A stretch of 59,405 bases of DNA from a virus (lineage: Duplodnaviria > Caudoviricetes). The notes beneath the pieces were generated by a model, which worked only from the letters and a program-made list of their open reading frames with translations, was not told the DNA's origin and searched no databases. The DNA is taken from positions 1 to 59,405 of IMG/VR virus record IMGVR_UViG_3300027881_000014; one strand, written 5' to 3'. The position numbers were made by a program, and so were the translations under genes. Shown here piece by piece: positions 10,285 to 19,783 of the stretch. Numbering within the stretch: the stretch's first letter is position 1; every line of letters starts with the position of its first letter.

Positions 10285-10878
10285 TTATTTGGTAAATGAA
10301 CCAGTAACTTCCCAGCGTAAACCGGGTGTTACTGCAACATCGTTACAAGTAAATAAAGTTCCTTTAAGCGTGTAGAAGGTACCAGTTGCAGCGACCGCTC
10401 TTGCGAGTCCTTGATCGATAGTAGCAGTTTTGGTAGCCCCCACATAATCAGTGATCTTTACAGTTTGAATATCTCCATTGTCAAATCTGACATCAAGATA
10501 ACATCCGTTGTAAACATCATTAATAGCCGAACCAGAAGTGGTCAATACAAATGAAGTTGAACCAGCCGCTTGTACGGTTGTACTTTGTACGCCCGTGATA
10601 ACACTAGCTGCGTCCGCATAATGCGCACCAGCATCAGTAGTTACTGTACCAAAGAGAATTTGAGCTCCCTTTTCATCAAGTGGTTGGCCCTGGATAAACT
10701 CAACTTTATCAAACTGATGAGGTATAACATAAGTGTCACCATCTTCTGTGGTTTCACCAATAGTAACCTTAATAAATTGTTTATAAAGTATGGGTCCTTC
10801 TACGTTCGAAGTATGTCCTTCTATTCGTAAGGGTTTGCTCTGTGTAAGAGCACTAAATGTTCCTAAAGCAGCAGCCAT
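10285..10878 (-). CDS. Putative capsid decoration/structural protein
   Basis: Directly after the MCP with a strong SD (AAAGGAG); the motif YNG...ITDYVGATKTAT is of a kind seen in phage structural proteins. Confidence 0.5.
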   Translation of the reverse strand: MAAALGTFSALTQSKPLRIEGHTSNVEGPILYKQFIKVTIGETTEDGDTYVIPHQFDKVEFIQGQPLDEKGAQILFGTVTTDAGAHYADAASVITGVQSTTVQAAGSTSFVLTTSGSAINDVYNGCYLDVRFDNGDIQTVKITDYVGATKTATIDQGLARAVAATGTFYTLKGTLFTCNDVAVTPGLRWEVTGSFTK

Positions 10879-10910
10879 TTACGCTACTCCTTTCTTAATT
10901 AGTTATTAAA

Positions 10911-12266
10911 TTATGAAGTTGCATTCAAGAATACCCAGTGAGCCTGGGGGTTAGTTCTCTTAAATGTAACTTGTCCGTAAATCTCAGATTCCATTTCATG
11001 AGGGTTAACCTGTGGAACAGTGATAGTTTTAATATCCATGTTCTGAAGGTGACCATACTGGAAGTGAGCCGGATCAATTATATAAGCGTAATCAGACATT
11101 CCGTGTAGCGAAAGTGTATCTGAAGGCGCAATAAGCAGAGTACCACCATTAGAAGCATTAAACTTGACTAGTTCAACACCCCAGCTATTTACAGCTGCTG
11201 GTAGTATGATCTTATTATCGATCATATTACTAAATTTAGTATACCAATCTGCTCCTGTGAGTCCAACTTTGACCTGTGCTCCATAATAGAACATGTCTTT
11301 AAGTTGCTCGTTAAAGTTTTTAGTCTGAAATAGTGAATCATCGTAATTCACATGGTTTGCAGCGGGAATAAATTCTGCTATTCCACCAGCGTACCATTTC
11401 CTGCGACCGTTTTCTGTAGCTGTTCCTCTCGAACCGAACAAGCCCATGACGTCCATCTCATTGAAGAACTCTTCAAGTGCTCTACGACCATTCCTCTGGA
11501 ATGTTTTCTCTGCTGTAAAGAAGCGATTTACGTTCTGTTCAGTTTCAGTTGCAGACCATTTTCTCATTACTATTTGACAATAGTTATAATCAAATTCGTC
11601 AACGTCACTGTACGTCAGCTGATCGTCTCTACCTTCAGGGATGCTGTTTCCAGCTTTCCATAAGAAAGGCGCGGTTATTGGAGAAGCCCAAGTTCCACCA
11701 GCAATATCTACTGCCATATCCGCATGACCTGTGGGCTCAACGCCCCCAAAGTTTCTGCGAACTGTAACTGCAGTAGCTGTACTGGATGCTGAACCTGCTA
11801 AATTACCCGAACCGTCACCGCCATTACTAATGACTTGGACTTGCTCTGGTAATGGGAATGAGCTAGTTTTAAGATTCATATCCTCACCAGTGGCATTAGG
11901 TAATGCTCTGGAAGAACTGACAAAGAATCCCATAAGATTTAGTACGTCACCTGCTTGTAATCTACGTCCTTCAGCGTTAAGAACATGAATTATATCATTC
12001 TTATCGCCTGAAGTAGATGTAGAATCAGATGAACCAAAAATACGTGCTAAACGTGCATATTCCAGACCCCATCTTGTCTCGACGTCTGCAGCTACGAAAG
12101 CACCATTGCTCTTAGCATAGTTCAATAATAGACGCATTAAATTCGCACGTCCCTCACCAATCTTGGTAAGCATCGCGGTACGTCTATCATATATTCGAAA
12201 ACTCGAAGGAATCTGATCAACTACCGGTTGCGCGGCATAATATGTTAAATTATAATCGTTGGCCAT
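10911..12266 (-). CDS. Major capsid protein (HK97 fold, SU10/DUF5309-like)
   Basis: 451 aa after portal and scaffold; motifs NYCQI...SATE, EMD...LFG, RKWYAGGI, IYGQVTF.R.NP.AH. Confidence 0.8.
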   Translation of the reverse strand: MANDYNLTYYAAQPVVDQIPSSFRIYDRRTAMLTKIGEGRANLMRLLLNYAKSNGAFVAADVETRWGLEYARLARIFGSSDSTSTSGDKNDIIHVLNAEGRRLQAGDVLNLMGFFVSSSRALPNATGEDMNLKTSSFPLPEQVQVISNGGDGSGNLAGSASSTATAVTVRRNFGGVEPTGHADMAVDIAGGTWASPITAPFLWKAGNSIPEGRDDQLTYSDVDEFDYNYCQIVMRKWSATETEQNVNRFFTAEKTFQRNGRRALEEFFNEMDVMGLFGSRGTATENGRRKWYAGGIAEFIPAANHVNYDDSLFQTKNFNEQLKDMFYYGAQVKVGLTGADWYTKFSNMIDNKIILPAAVNSWGVELVKFNASNGGTLLIAPSDTLSLHGMSDYAYIIDPAHFQYGHLQNMDIKTITVPQVNPHEMESEIYGQVTFKRTNPQAHWVFLNATS

Positions 12267-12279
12267 TTTCTTTCCTTAA

Positions 12280-13185
12280 TTATCCAAAATGTTTATTCAA
12301 TTCTTTAAAATGCTCCGGTATAGAAACTGGAGCTTGACCACCAAATTGATTAACTAAGTTAGGCGCTTTTGCACCTTTTTGCCCTTGTAGACCAGCATAC
12401 CAACGAGCGAGGTGTTTACCCTCTACTTTGGTAGCCCAATTTGAAAATTCCTGCCAATCAGTGGATCCCCACTTCATGTCATTCATTATATCAACTCGTT
12501 CTTTATCAGCAGCTTCTGATTGGGTTTTAACATCTTTAGCTCTTTGTTCCCTTAATGCCTTAAGAGATGCTGGAGCCTTAGCTGCACCTTTTTCAGTAAG
12601 ATCCTTATAAAGTTCATCTACACGCTTAAAGTAGCGCCATGATTTTGTTAACGGCTTGGTAGCCTCATCATCATCAGGAACGAAATCATCGCCAAATTCT
12701 TGTCCTATCTTCTCTTGTAAAGACGCATAGGGATCGCTTGGTTTAACCAGATCCGGGGCTATATCAGCTAGGAACGCTGCCTTAACTTCCGGGTCCTCAT
12801 ATACCTGATTAACAAATTCTGCAACATCTTTGTATTGTTCATACTGAGGTTTAATGCTATTGAGTTCGTTTTCGGTTTTGTTTAGGAGAGACTGAAAATG
12901 AGTCGCTCTTTCTTCTACCGACATACCATCAAAAGCACGTTGCGGGTCCTCTTTTTTCGGTGCAACTGGGAGACCTTCCCCGTCCACTACCGGTGTACCA
13001 CTGTCTCCTGTGCCATCACCCAATGCCTGCCCTGGATCATTATTACCAAACATAGCGTCGATATCGTTCATAATCGGATCAGTCTCATTCTGAGGCTGTA
13101 CCTTATTCCCAATAGTTCTGCTGTCTAGCTTTGGATCCAAGATGTCACCCGATGCTGGGGTTGAAGTCTGGATATTTTGTGTCAT
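12280..13185 (-). CDS. Capsid scaffolding protein
   Basis: Acidic disordered N-terminus plus coiled coil, between portal and MCP. Confidence 0.65.
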   Translation of the reverse strand: MTQNIQTSTPASGDILDPKLDSRTIGNKVQPQNETDPIMNDIDAMFGNNDPGQALGDGTGDSGTPVVDGEGLPVAPKKEDPQRAFDGMSVEERATHFQSLLNKTENELNSIKPQYEQYKDVAEFVNQVYEDPEVKAAFLADIAPDLVKPSDPYASLQEKIGQEFGDDFVPDDDEATKPLTKSWRYFKRVDELYKDLTEKGAAKAPASLKALREQRAKDVKTQSEAADKERVDIMNDMKWGSTDWQEFSNWATKVEGKHLARWYAGLQGQKGAKAPNLVNQFGGQAPVSIPEHFKELNKHFG

Positions 13186-13187
13186 TA

Positions 13188-15188
13188 TTAACCTTGTTTG
13201 TTTTGTTGTTTACGCTTGGCTTCTGCATCTGATTTATCTTTGATCTGGGCTTTCGCCAATTCATCAGCCAATTTCAGTTTCGTCTCGAGTTCTGCAAACT
13301 TCTCACCAATCATTTGCTCTTTACTAGTCATCTCTTTGAGAATCCTATTTTCTAACGAGATGTTAATGAATTTATTTTCCATCTGTTTACTCGTTTCTAA
13401 GAGCCTATCATATGCAGCTTGCTGATCTTGAAGCTTTTGTTCAGCTCTTTTAACAGTATCAAGCTTCTGCATTAGTTCATCCCATTCCCTAACATCACTT
13501 AATTCCATTGCTTTCTGGGTTAAGATTTGTCTCTCTGAAGGATCAGGAGATGATTGTGCAATTTTTGCTAACTCTGTAGCTATAGCCAATCTTTGTGTTG
13601 GCATAGCAGTAGACGGTACACTCACTGTTAAAAACTTCATCGTTTTGATGTCGTTTGCAACGTCAAGCGCAATCTGCAACTCATTCAATTCGCCATTTTC
13701 ATCGAAGAATGAGAAACTATCAGGTGTCAAATGGGCTGCCATATACTCTATCATTACCTGTCCAAGTTCTTTCATTACTTGATTGATATGAGCTGATGAC
13801 ATTTTTACTCTCATCATAGCAGCACTTTGGTATTGCTGAAGGGAACTGAAGACTTCTACTCCGGCATCTTTAGCATTACCTTGTAGTATTGCATTGACTC
13901 CTGTAGAATACTCGATTCCTTGTTTCAGCATCTCTAATACGTTCGGATAGAAATTACTAAGTTTAGCAATACTATCACGCTCAGGCTTAAGAACTTGATT
14001 CTCATATACCTTTGGAACATATTCCTTTATAACTTTGGGGTTTGCTCCAAATTGTTCCCATTTCTCCCTATCTTCTTCTGCGATTGATCCCTTAGGAGCA
14101 TTCCAACCTGCATTATTAGATAGGATTCCATTAAGAATCATTATCTGCAAGACTTTATCAAAAGCCTGTTGCATACCCTTGGTGAAATGGATCATACCAT
14201 AACTACGATATGCTCTTCCACCCCATTCAAAAAAGGCCGTTCTTAACGGATAATCAGTTATAGGTAAGATCTCTTCCCATATAGTCCAATCACCCATTGC
14301 AATGGTCTTTTTTATGTAAATATCAGGAAGAACCTTATCAGCATTAGCTGTTATGGCCTCTCCCTCTAGCCCCAGATTTTCTTTAAAGAGCATCTGAACT
14401 AGTCCATTTTCCTTGACTAAATACATATCAGTAAAAACTTTTTCATAGTATTCACGAACGATAATTCTATCGTCAGCATTCCAATGAGAAGTAGTCACAT
14501 CTTGTTTTTCAGTAAGTTCTTGTTCAACCCATGTTTGCCCAGTAAGGCCCTTGATGTCAACCGGTGTACCATTATCATTTTTAAGTTGCGAGATGATACC
14601 ACCATAGACTTGTAGTGCCTTGGGTATAGTAAATGCTTTTTCAATAAAGAATCCCTCCATATCTTCAAGCGTTTTACTTTTAGCGTTAATATCAAGAATA
14701 ACTTCATCAAAGGGTACATGTGCAACCCGAAGGTTAAACATACCCTGTCTGTAGAAATCAACAGGTGAAACCATAATATGGCCCATTCCTGTTATTAGCA
14801 TTTCCTTGATCATTGATTCGATTTCTACAGAGGCATTAGAATTATACATAATTCCATGCTTCATTTTATCAAGTACAAATGCATGTTGCTTAGCCCTACC
14901 ATCTAAAGACAATGTCTTTACGGAGGGTTTGGTCTGGGTTAAGAGTGCTAATTTCTGGTTGGTAACGGGGTGCAGAAAGTTAATAGATACAGGAATATTT
15001 GTATTATCTGTTATCTTAGAAACTTGAGTGGAGGTATAAGTCGTACCGGTCTGATCTACATCGTTATAGTAGTATTCTTCTGACTCTTCTGCACGAGTGA
15101 GCCATTGTTTTCTACCCCAGGTTGTATCAGACTTCCAACTCACATACCTTTCACGAATGCGCTCAGGCACTCTCTGAAAGTTTATCAT
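13188..15188 (-). CDS. Portal protein (P22-like)
   Basis: 666 aa; W...AEESEEYYYN, P.SINFLHP, LITGMG, SYGMIHFTKGMQQAFDK, STGVNAILQG; C-terminal coiled-coil barrel. Confidence 0.85.
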   Translation of the reverse strand: MINFQRVPERIRERYVSWKSDTTWGRKQWLTRAEESEEYYYNDVDQTGTTYTSTQVSKITDNTNIPVSINFLHPVTNQKLALLTQTKPSVKTLSLDGRAKQHAFVLDKMKHGIMYNSNASVEIESMIKEMLITGMGHIMVSPVDFYRQGMFNLRVAHVPFDEVILDINAKSKTLEDMEGFFIEKAFTIPKALQVYGGIISQLKNDNGTPVDIKGLTGQTWVEQELTEKQDVTTSHWNADDRIIVREYYEKVFTDMYLVKENGLVQMLFKENLGLEGEAITANADKVLPDIYIKKTIAMGDWTIWEEILPITDYPLRTAFFEWGGRAYRSYGMIHFTKGMQQAFDKVLQIMILNGILSNNAGWNAPKGSIAEEDREKWEQFGANPKVIKEYVPKVYENQVLKPERDSIAKLSNFYPNVLEMLKQGIEYSTGVNAILQGNAKDAGVEVFSSLQQYQSAAMMRVKMSSAHINQVMKELGQVMIEYMAAHLTPDSFSFFDENGELNELQIALDVANDIKTMKFLTVSVPSTAMPTQRLAIATELAKIAQSSPDPSERQILTQKAMELSDVREWDELMQKLDTVKRAEQKLQDQQAAYDRLLETSKQMENKFINISLENRILKEMTSKEQMIGEKFAELETKLKLADELAKAQIKDKSDAEAKRKQQNKQG

Positions 15189-15231
15189 GTGGACAGTTCT
15201 TATTTATGCATAAAAAATGATCAAGATTTTG

Positions 15232-15260
15232 AATATACAAAATAAAACTGTCTTTGTCAA
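15232..15260 (-). promoter_or_regulatory. Sigma70-type promoter for the portal/late block
   Basis: Minus strand TTGACA-17 nt-TATATT, 44 nt upstream of the portal ATG and just downstream of a terminator. Confidence 0.75.
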
Positions 15261-15269
15261 GCTTTCTTT

Positions 15270-15303
15270 AAAAAAAGATGCCCCAGCACTAAGCCGAGAC
15301 ATC
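15270..15303 (-). terminator. Rho-independent terminator ending the replication block
   Basis: GATGTCTCGGC-TTAGT-GCTGGGGCATC followed by T7 on the minus strand. Confidence 0.8.
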
Positions 15304-15304
15304 A

Positions 15305-15940
15305 CCAGTAAGGGAGATTTGAGGACAAAAATAGTAGCCCGAATGGGACTTGCACCGCCATATAGTCGACTTCAAGACAGAAATTTAGGATTAGGCCATG
15401 TCGGCTACGCCGTGATGGTTTCTCTCCATATTTCAAGAGTAATACGTTACTATATAACATTCCTTGTCGAAGGGAATCATATCGTGAGGTTGAGCAGCCT
15501 CAGGTTCTAAGGATAAGTAGTTTCAAAAGTTTCTGGTTATACTTGTTTCTGTAGGTATAGAGTTTCCCTGCGCAGGGCTCCACTATACTAAGGTAGATTG
15601 AATTTAGTTCTCTACTGAGCCATTACGCTCTGTGTCATTAAACAACATTTTCTCACTGATCACCGCCGGTTATTTCTAACCCGTGGGTTTGGAGTAAGTC
15701 CATGCATTGGATATGCCTACCTATACAATTTTACTGATGCAGTACAAATGGCCATCCAATAGCCTCCTGCATTCATTCGTAAAATTCCATACTTACAGTC
15801 TTCACTATATCCCAATATCCGATCTATTAAACTATCGGGCCAACCCAGATAACCGGCTCTTTTGAGTCCCGGCACTGGTTGATCATGACTGAAGCGGAGG
15901 ATACGTCCTCCACGTTTTGCTTCTCATCTAAGAGAAGAAA
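15305..15940 (-). ncRNA. Candidate large structured ncRNA
   Basis: Gap with no credible ORF and many nested helices (e.g. 15665-15673/15849-15857, 15727-15742/15767-15786), complementary loops, and a T-loop-like GGTGCAAGTCC near the 3' end. Strand inferred from flanking genes and the terminator. Confidence 0.55.
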
Positions 15941-15942
15941 TA

Positions 15943-16623
15943 CTAAGTAATCCTGACTGACGCCGTTCTCTTTGTCGCCAATGCGGGATGAATTTCGGGA
16001 AGCTGAGAGACTTGCGCCTCTCGCTTTAAAATCTTGAACTCCGGAACCTTAGCTACGCTTGCTATTAGTTCTTTCCATGTTGCTTCCGTTAATTTTACCG
16101 TCACATTAATCAGGTCGTCATTAACCTGTTCTATGTCAACGATCTCTCGTCTCTCGCTTATATAAGGATGGAACGAGTATATATGACCACGAAGGGGAGA
16201 ACCCTCGCTCAAGCTATGCAATCTCTGTTTCAGCCGCGCGATGTTTCTCTGTATTCTGCCAGAGACACCAGAAATTCTCGCTGTGGCTTCCCGTTTGAGT
16301 TCTTTAATCTTGTCAAGCTCAGCCTCTAATTCGGTCATGACGTATCCGTATGCGTCGACTTTATCTTTGATAGCTAGTTCTTGATTCTGCCATATTAGAT
16401 CTTGATCGTTAGTAATTTCTCCGTCTTGATCTTCTATATCTGCTTGGAGACATAAATGATCATACAATAGCTCAGCTAACGTAATGGGATTACTCTTGCT
16501 CGTGAGTGAACCCGACTGGATTGCGCTTGACTTCAAGGGTCTGCTCGCCTCCAGGTTTGCTCCAGGCGTATTTGTCTGCGCCTTTTCCGTTTGCTTTGCC
16601 GATGAATTCGAATTGTGTTTCAT
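15943..16623 (-). CDS. Siphovirus Gp157-like protein (true start probably downstream of the ORF start)
   Basis: TLAELL...DGEIT...IKDKVDAYGYVM.ELEA....IK...RLKQRL pattern and C-terminal SVRI. Confidence 0.6.
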   Translation of the reverse strand: MKHNSNSSAKQTEKAQTNTPGANLEASRPLKSSAIQSGSLTSKSNPITLAELLYDHLCLQADIEDQDGEITNDQDLIWQNQELAIKDKVDAYGYVMTELEAELDKIKELKREATARISGVSGRIQRNIARLKQRLHSLSEGSPLRGHIYSFHPYISERREIVDIEQVNDDLINVTVKLTEATWKELIASVAKVPEFKILKREAQVSQLPEIHPALATKRTASVRIT

Positions 16624-18550
16624 CAGTTTCTTTCTTGTTTAAGAGTATCTTAGTAAAGACATCTGCGCCGGTCGCGTTTGATGCTTCTAGTAATACTTCT
16701 GGAACTGCTGTTTTATTAGCAGCTAAATAAGCGGAAATCTCGAAGCCTCGAGCCCGTCGCTTTTCATCCAGATTATAATAGTAGGTTTTACCATTCTTCT
16801 CAGAAACAGTAACCTTCAGATTAGGAACCTCTTTAGAATCCCATACAGGTGCATTCTCTTTATCCCACGTGCTGTGAGAGACTTCCTCTTTGAAAGGAAG
16901 TTCTGGTTCCTTACTAGGTGGTGATGAGTCAACTCCTTTTGCAAGGCAATTGCCACACAATTCAGGTAGTCGATCTGTTGTTTGAATATCAAATATCTTA
17001 TCTTTCTTACAATTCTGGCATATATAGTGAGTTTCCACTGTATATCCAGATTTAATTAAGTCACGAGTTGTTTCAAACATCTCTGCTTCTCTTTCAGGTG
17101 GAAGAGGTAGAGGATGTAATACAATGAACTTCTTAGCTTTAATGGCTTCTGCTTTCTTTTTCTTCCAATCTCCATAAAAGCCTTGTTTTTTATCAGTTGT
17201 GAGCTCTTTAGCTTTTTCCTTAGAAATTCTCACTAACCTAGCATTAGTTGGTTCTGGACCAAGCAATGTTTTACCACGCTTAATATCACCATATTCCTTA
17301 CACTTAATCCATTGTTTACTCGTCATAAATCCTTGGACATTGTACGGCATTCCGAATCCAATGTTCTTCAGTTCAGTAACCAGTTCACTTACCTCGGCAA
17401 TTGAAAACCACTTTGACATGGCTAACTTCCATTTTGACTGTTGAACTAAATCAATAACTTTATGAATATTGAAATGGTTCTTCAAGACTAGTGGTAAAAC
17501 TGGCGAGACTTTTAGTTTTGTTACATCATGATATAATTTTCCAATATCTCTATCTCGATTAAATAAGAGCTTACCTTCAGGTGTAACTTCTGATACTGAT
17601 CTGTTTTCTCGCAGAAAGTCTCCATAATCTGTATATGGCCATTGTTCTTCCTGAGGCATAATTATATGCTCTTCAGAACCTTTATGTCCATCTTCAATTA
17701 CTTCAAATTCTGCATTAATAATATTTCCATTTCCATAGGACTCGTCTAATTTCTCATTGAGTCTTCTGGGGCCAATGTAAGGAGAATTAATCTCCCTGTC
17801 TTCTTTCCTATAATCCCATGAATTATAATTCACAGCTTCAGCAAAGCGTTGATAACCTGCTTCATGTGGCATTCTAACATATTGATATTCTTTAAAGAAA
17901 TCAACAAATTTACGTAATTGGCTTCTCAATTCATTCACAGATGCATATGCATTTTCTGAATGATTATTATGATAACCTACTCCGAAGTTAATACCACTAC
18001 ACCCGAGATGTTCTAAATCTCTTATGCAACTATAGCCACCCCAAGAAGTTTCAAAATTATATTTCCCGAGCTTATATCTAAGCTGTTCTGTGCTATATTG
18101 GTATGTTACTGCGCCCGTTCCCTTACGATCGAACATGAACATCCAATTATACTTCTTTGGTGGGTCAAACCATAATGCTGTGGATTTACCCTTTTCTTCG
18201 TCATCTGTTAATAAGATGTCAAATTTAAGTTTACATTTAGTTAGATAGTCTAAACCTACATGTAGGCCAAGTCTATCATCATGGGTTGGTGAAAAGATCC
18301 AAGTATCTGACTTGAACTTTACTGGTTGGAAGACACCATTTGGCTGTACCGTGTCTGTATGACCGACGAATAGAACTTTTGCTCCATTGTCTCGGTACCA
18401 AAATCGTTTTCCTTCTTTGGTTTTATATTCCGTAAGACCATACTTAGCAGCTATTACTGTAGGTTTCATCCTAGCCATAGCTTTCATTTCTCCGTAATGG
18501 AGATTTGGCATGTTCTTCTTCGGATTATTTCTTATTACTGGCTTTTTCAT
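16490..18550 (-). CDS. M28/M20-family zinc peptidase-like domain fused to an RNAP alpha-CTD-like domain and a Zn ribbon
   Basis: HTDTV, DDRLG, DEEKG, FDRKG, GVGYHNNHS metal-binding motifs; aa ~339-401 resemble alpha-CTD; CQNC...CGNC. Confidence 0.65.
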   Translation of the reverse strand: MKKPVIRNNPKKNMPNLHYGEMKAMARMKPTVIAAKYGLTEYKTKEGKRFWYRDNGAKVLFVGHTDTVQPNGVFQPVKFKSDTWIFSPTHDDRLGLHVGLDYLTKCKLKFDILLTDDEEKGKSTALWFDPPKKYNWMFMFDRKGTGAVTYQYSTEQLRYKLGKYNFETSWGGYSCIRDLEHLGCSGINFGVGYHNNHSENAYASVNELRSQLRKFVDFFKEYQYVRMPHEAGYQRFAEAVNYNSWDYRKEDREINSPYIGPRRLNEKLDESYGNGNIINAEFEVIEDGHKGSEEHIIMPQEEQWPYTDYGDFLRENRSVSEVTPEGKLLFNRDRDIGKLYHDVTKLKVSPVLPLVLKNHFNIHKVIDLVQQSKWKLAMSKWFSIAEVSELVTELKNIGFGMPYNVQGFMTSKQWIKCKEYGDIKRGKTLLGPEPTNARLVRISKEKAKELTTDKKQGFYGDWKKKKAEAIKAKKFIVLHPLPLPPEREAEMFETTRDLIKSGYTVETHYICQNCKKDKIFDIQTTDRLPELCGNCLAKGVDSSPPSKEPELPFKEEVSHSTWDKENAPVWDSKEVPNLKVTVSEKNGKTYYYNLDEKRRARGFEISAYLAANKTAVPEVLLEASNATGADVFTKILLNKKETDETQFEFIGKANGKGADKYAWSKPGGEQTLEVKRNPVGFTHEQE

Positions 18551-19772
18551 TGTAACCTCTTGTGATTTTATGGTTGATGAGTTTGATCAAAACACTGAAG
18601 AAGGCTCCTCTTGTTCTATGATAGAGCAGTCTCCAATAGAATCTTTGGGTTGCTGGATTAGGTATTTCCCATTTGGCAAAATCCATCCAGTCAATGAGAT
18701 CATGCATTAGATCTCGGTTATGGTGATGAACAGTTTGAAGAAGGTCACCCTGTATGGGATTTTTCCTATTCTTAGTTTTTTCCTTTTTGCGATCAGGTTT
18801 TTCTGTCCATCTTCTATTACGACGATTCCTTACATCATATTGATATTGCATACCTTCTTGCCACCTTAATCGTCTTTCTTGTATGCCATTGGGTATGGTA
18901 CCTCGAGTTTTCGAATCGTAAGAATTGTCGAAGTTAAAATTGTAATGGTGCATATTGCGTATTACTAATGGATCACCAAAAACATAAGAGTTTGAGTTAA
19001 AGTATAGTCCTCCATGGACTTTACCTTTATTAGATAGTTTAATTGGTTGATAGGCACATCTAGCTTTAGTTCCTAATATTGGTGCAATTTGTTTCATTGT
19101 AAGACCATATGCATTAAATGCAAGATATACTAAAGACTTGGTCATTTTACCATGCAGTTTAATTTTAACTGTAGTTTCAAATAACCAACATCTTGCATAC
19201 CCATAAATGGGTTTTTTATTATAAGTACCTCTAGGTAATATGGGAGGCCGACCACCAAGAAAGGGACGAAGCATATTTTGTATACCCCTCTCTCCTCTAT
19301 GATGTTCATAATCATATATTCTAAAGGCATAAAATCTCTTGTCCTTTTCCATGGCATTTTTGACTTCACGTCTGCCTTGCCAGAAGCATGAACCACTGTC
19401 CTGAAAATCTCCTTCTTTCCAATCAAAATCTTGAGTAATATCAATTAATGATGGTTTTGATATTGGGATAGTCTCTTTAACATGGTTCCCAAGAGCCCCT
19501 AAGAAACTCTTGGGTAAGACAGCACCATGTTGTTTAAGGATACTAGCTATCCTTTGTGGTAGCGTTCTCTTTGATGAGTCTTCCCAAGACCATTCAACTG
19601 TGAGTAATTGCTTTAACGGAAAGTATTCGTAAACACTATGCGTTTTCAACCACTCTTTTCGAATGTCGAGTAATATGGGTAGGATTTGATCTTCTGGAAC
19701 AATTCGGTTTGCTGCTGGAATTTCATACTCCGTGATACTATCTGTTATATTCAGATATTGTATTTTGAGCAT
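18525..19772 (-). CDS. Hypothetical protein (FDW..GDF.DSGSCFW motif)
   Basis: 415-aa ORF coupled to the peptidase gene; function not recognised. Confidence 0.5.
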   Translation of the reverse strand: MLKIQYLNITDSITEYEIPAANRIVPEDQILPILLDIRKEWLKTHSVYEYFPLKQLLTVEWSWEDSSKRTLPQRIASILKQHGAVLPKSFLGALGNHVKETIPISKPSLIDITQDFDWKEGDFQDSGSCFWQGRREVKNAMEKDKRFYAFRIYDYEHHRGERGIQNMLRPFLGGRPPILPRGTYNKKPIYGYARCWLFETTVKIKLHGKMTKSLVYLAFNAYGLTMKQIAPILGTKARCAYQPIKLSNKGKVHGGLYFNSNSYVFGDPLVIRNMHHYNFNFDNSYDSKTRGTIPNGIQERRLRWQEGMQYQYDVRNRRNRRWTEKPDRKKEKTKNRKNPIQGDLLQTVHHHNRDLMHDLIDWMDFAKWEIPNPATQRFYWRLLYHRTRGAFFSVLIKLINHKITRGYNEKASNKK

Positions 19773-19783
19773 AATTTTCTTCC

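Noticed and set aside
15333-15408. Group II intron domain V or a standalone tRNA
   Set aside because: Only partial resemblance (AGCCG...GGTGCAAGTCC); no interrupted gene, maturase or cloverleaf. Kept as part of the ncRNA candidate.
15217-15510. 97-aa plus-strand ORF
   Set aside because: Overlaps the minus-strand promoter, terminator and structured RNA; no clear SD or recognisable protein features.
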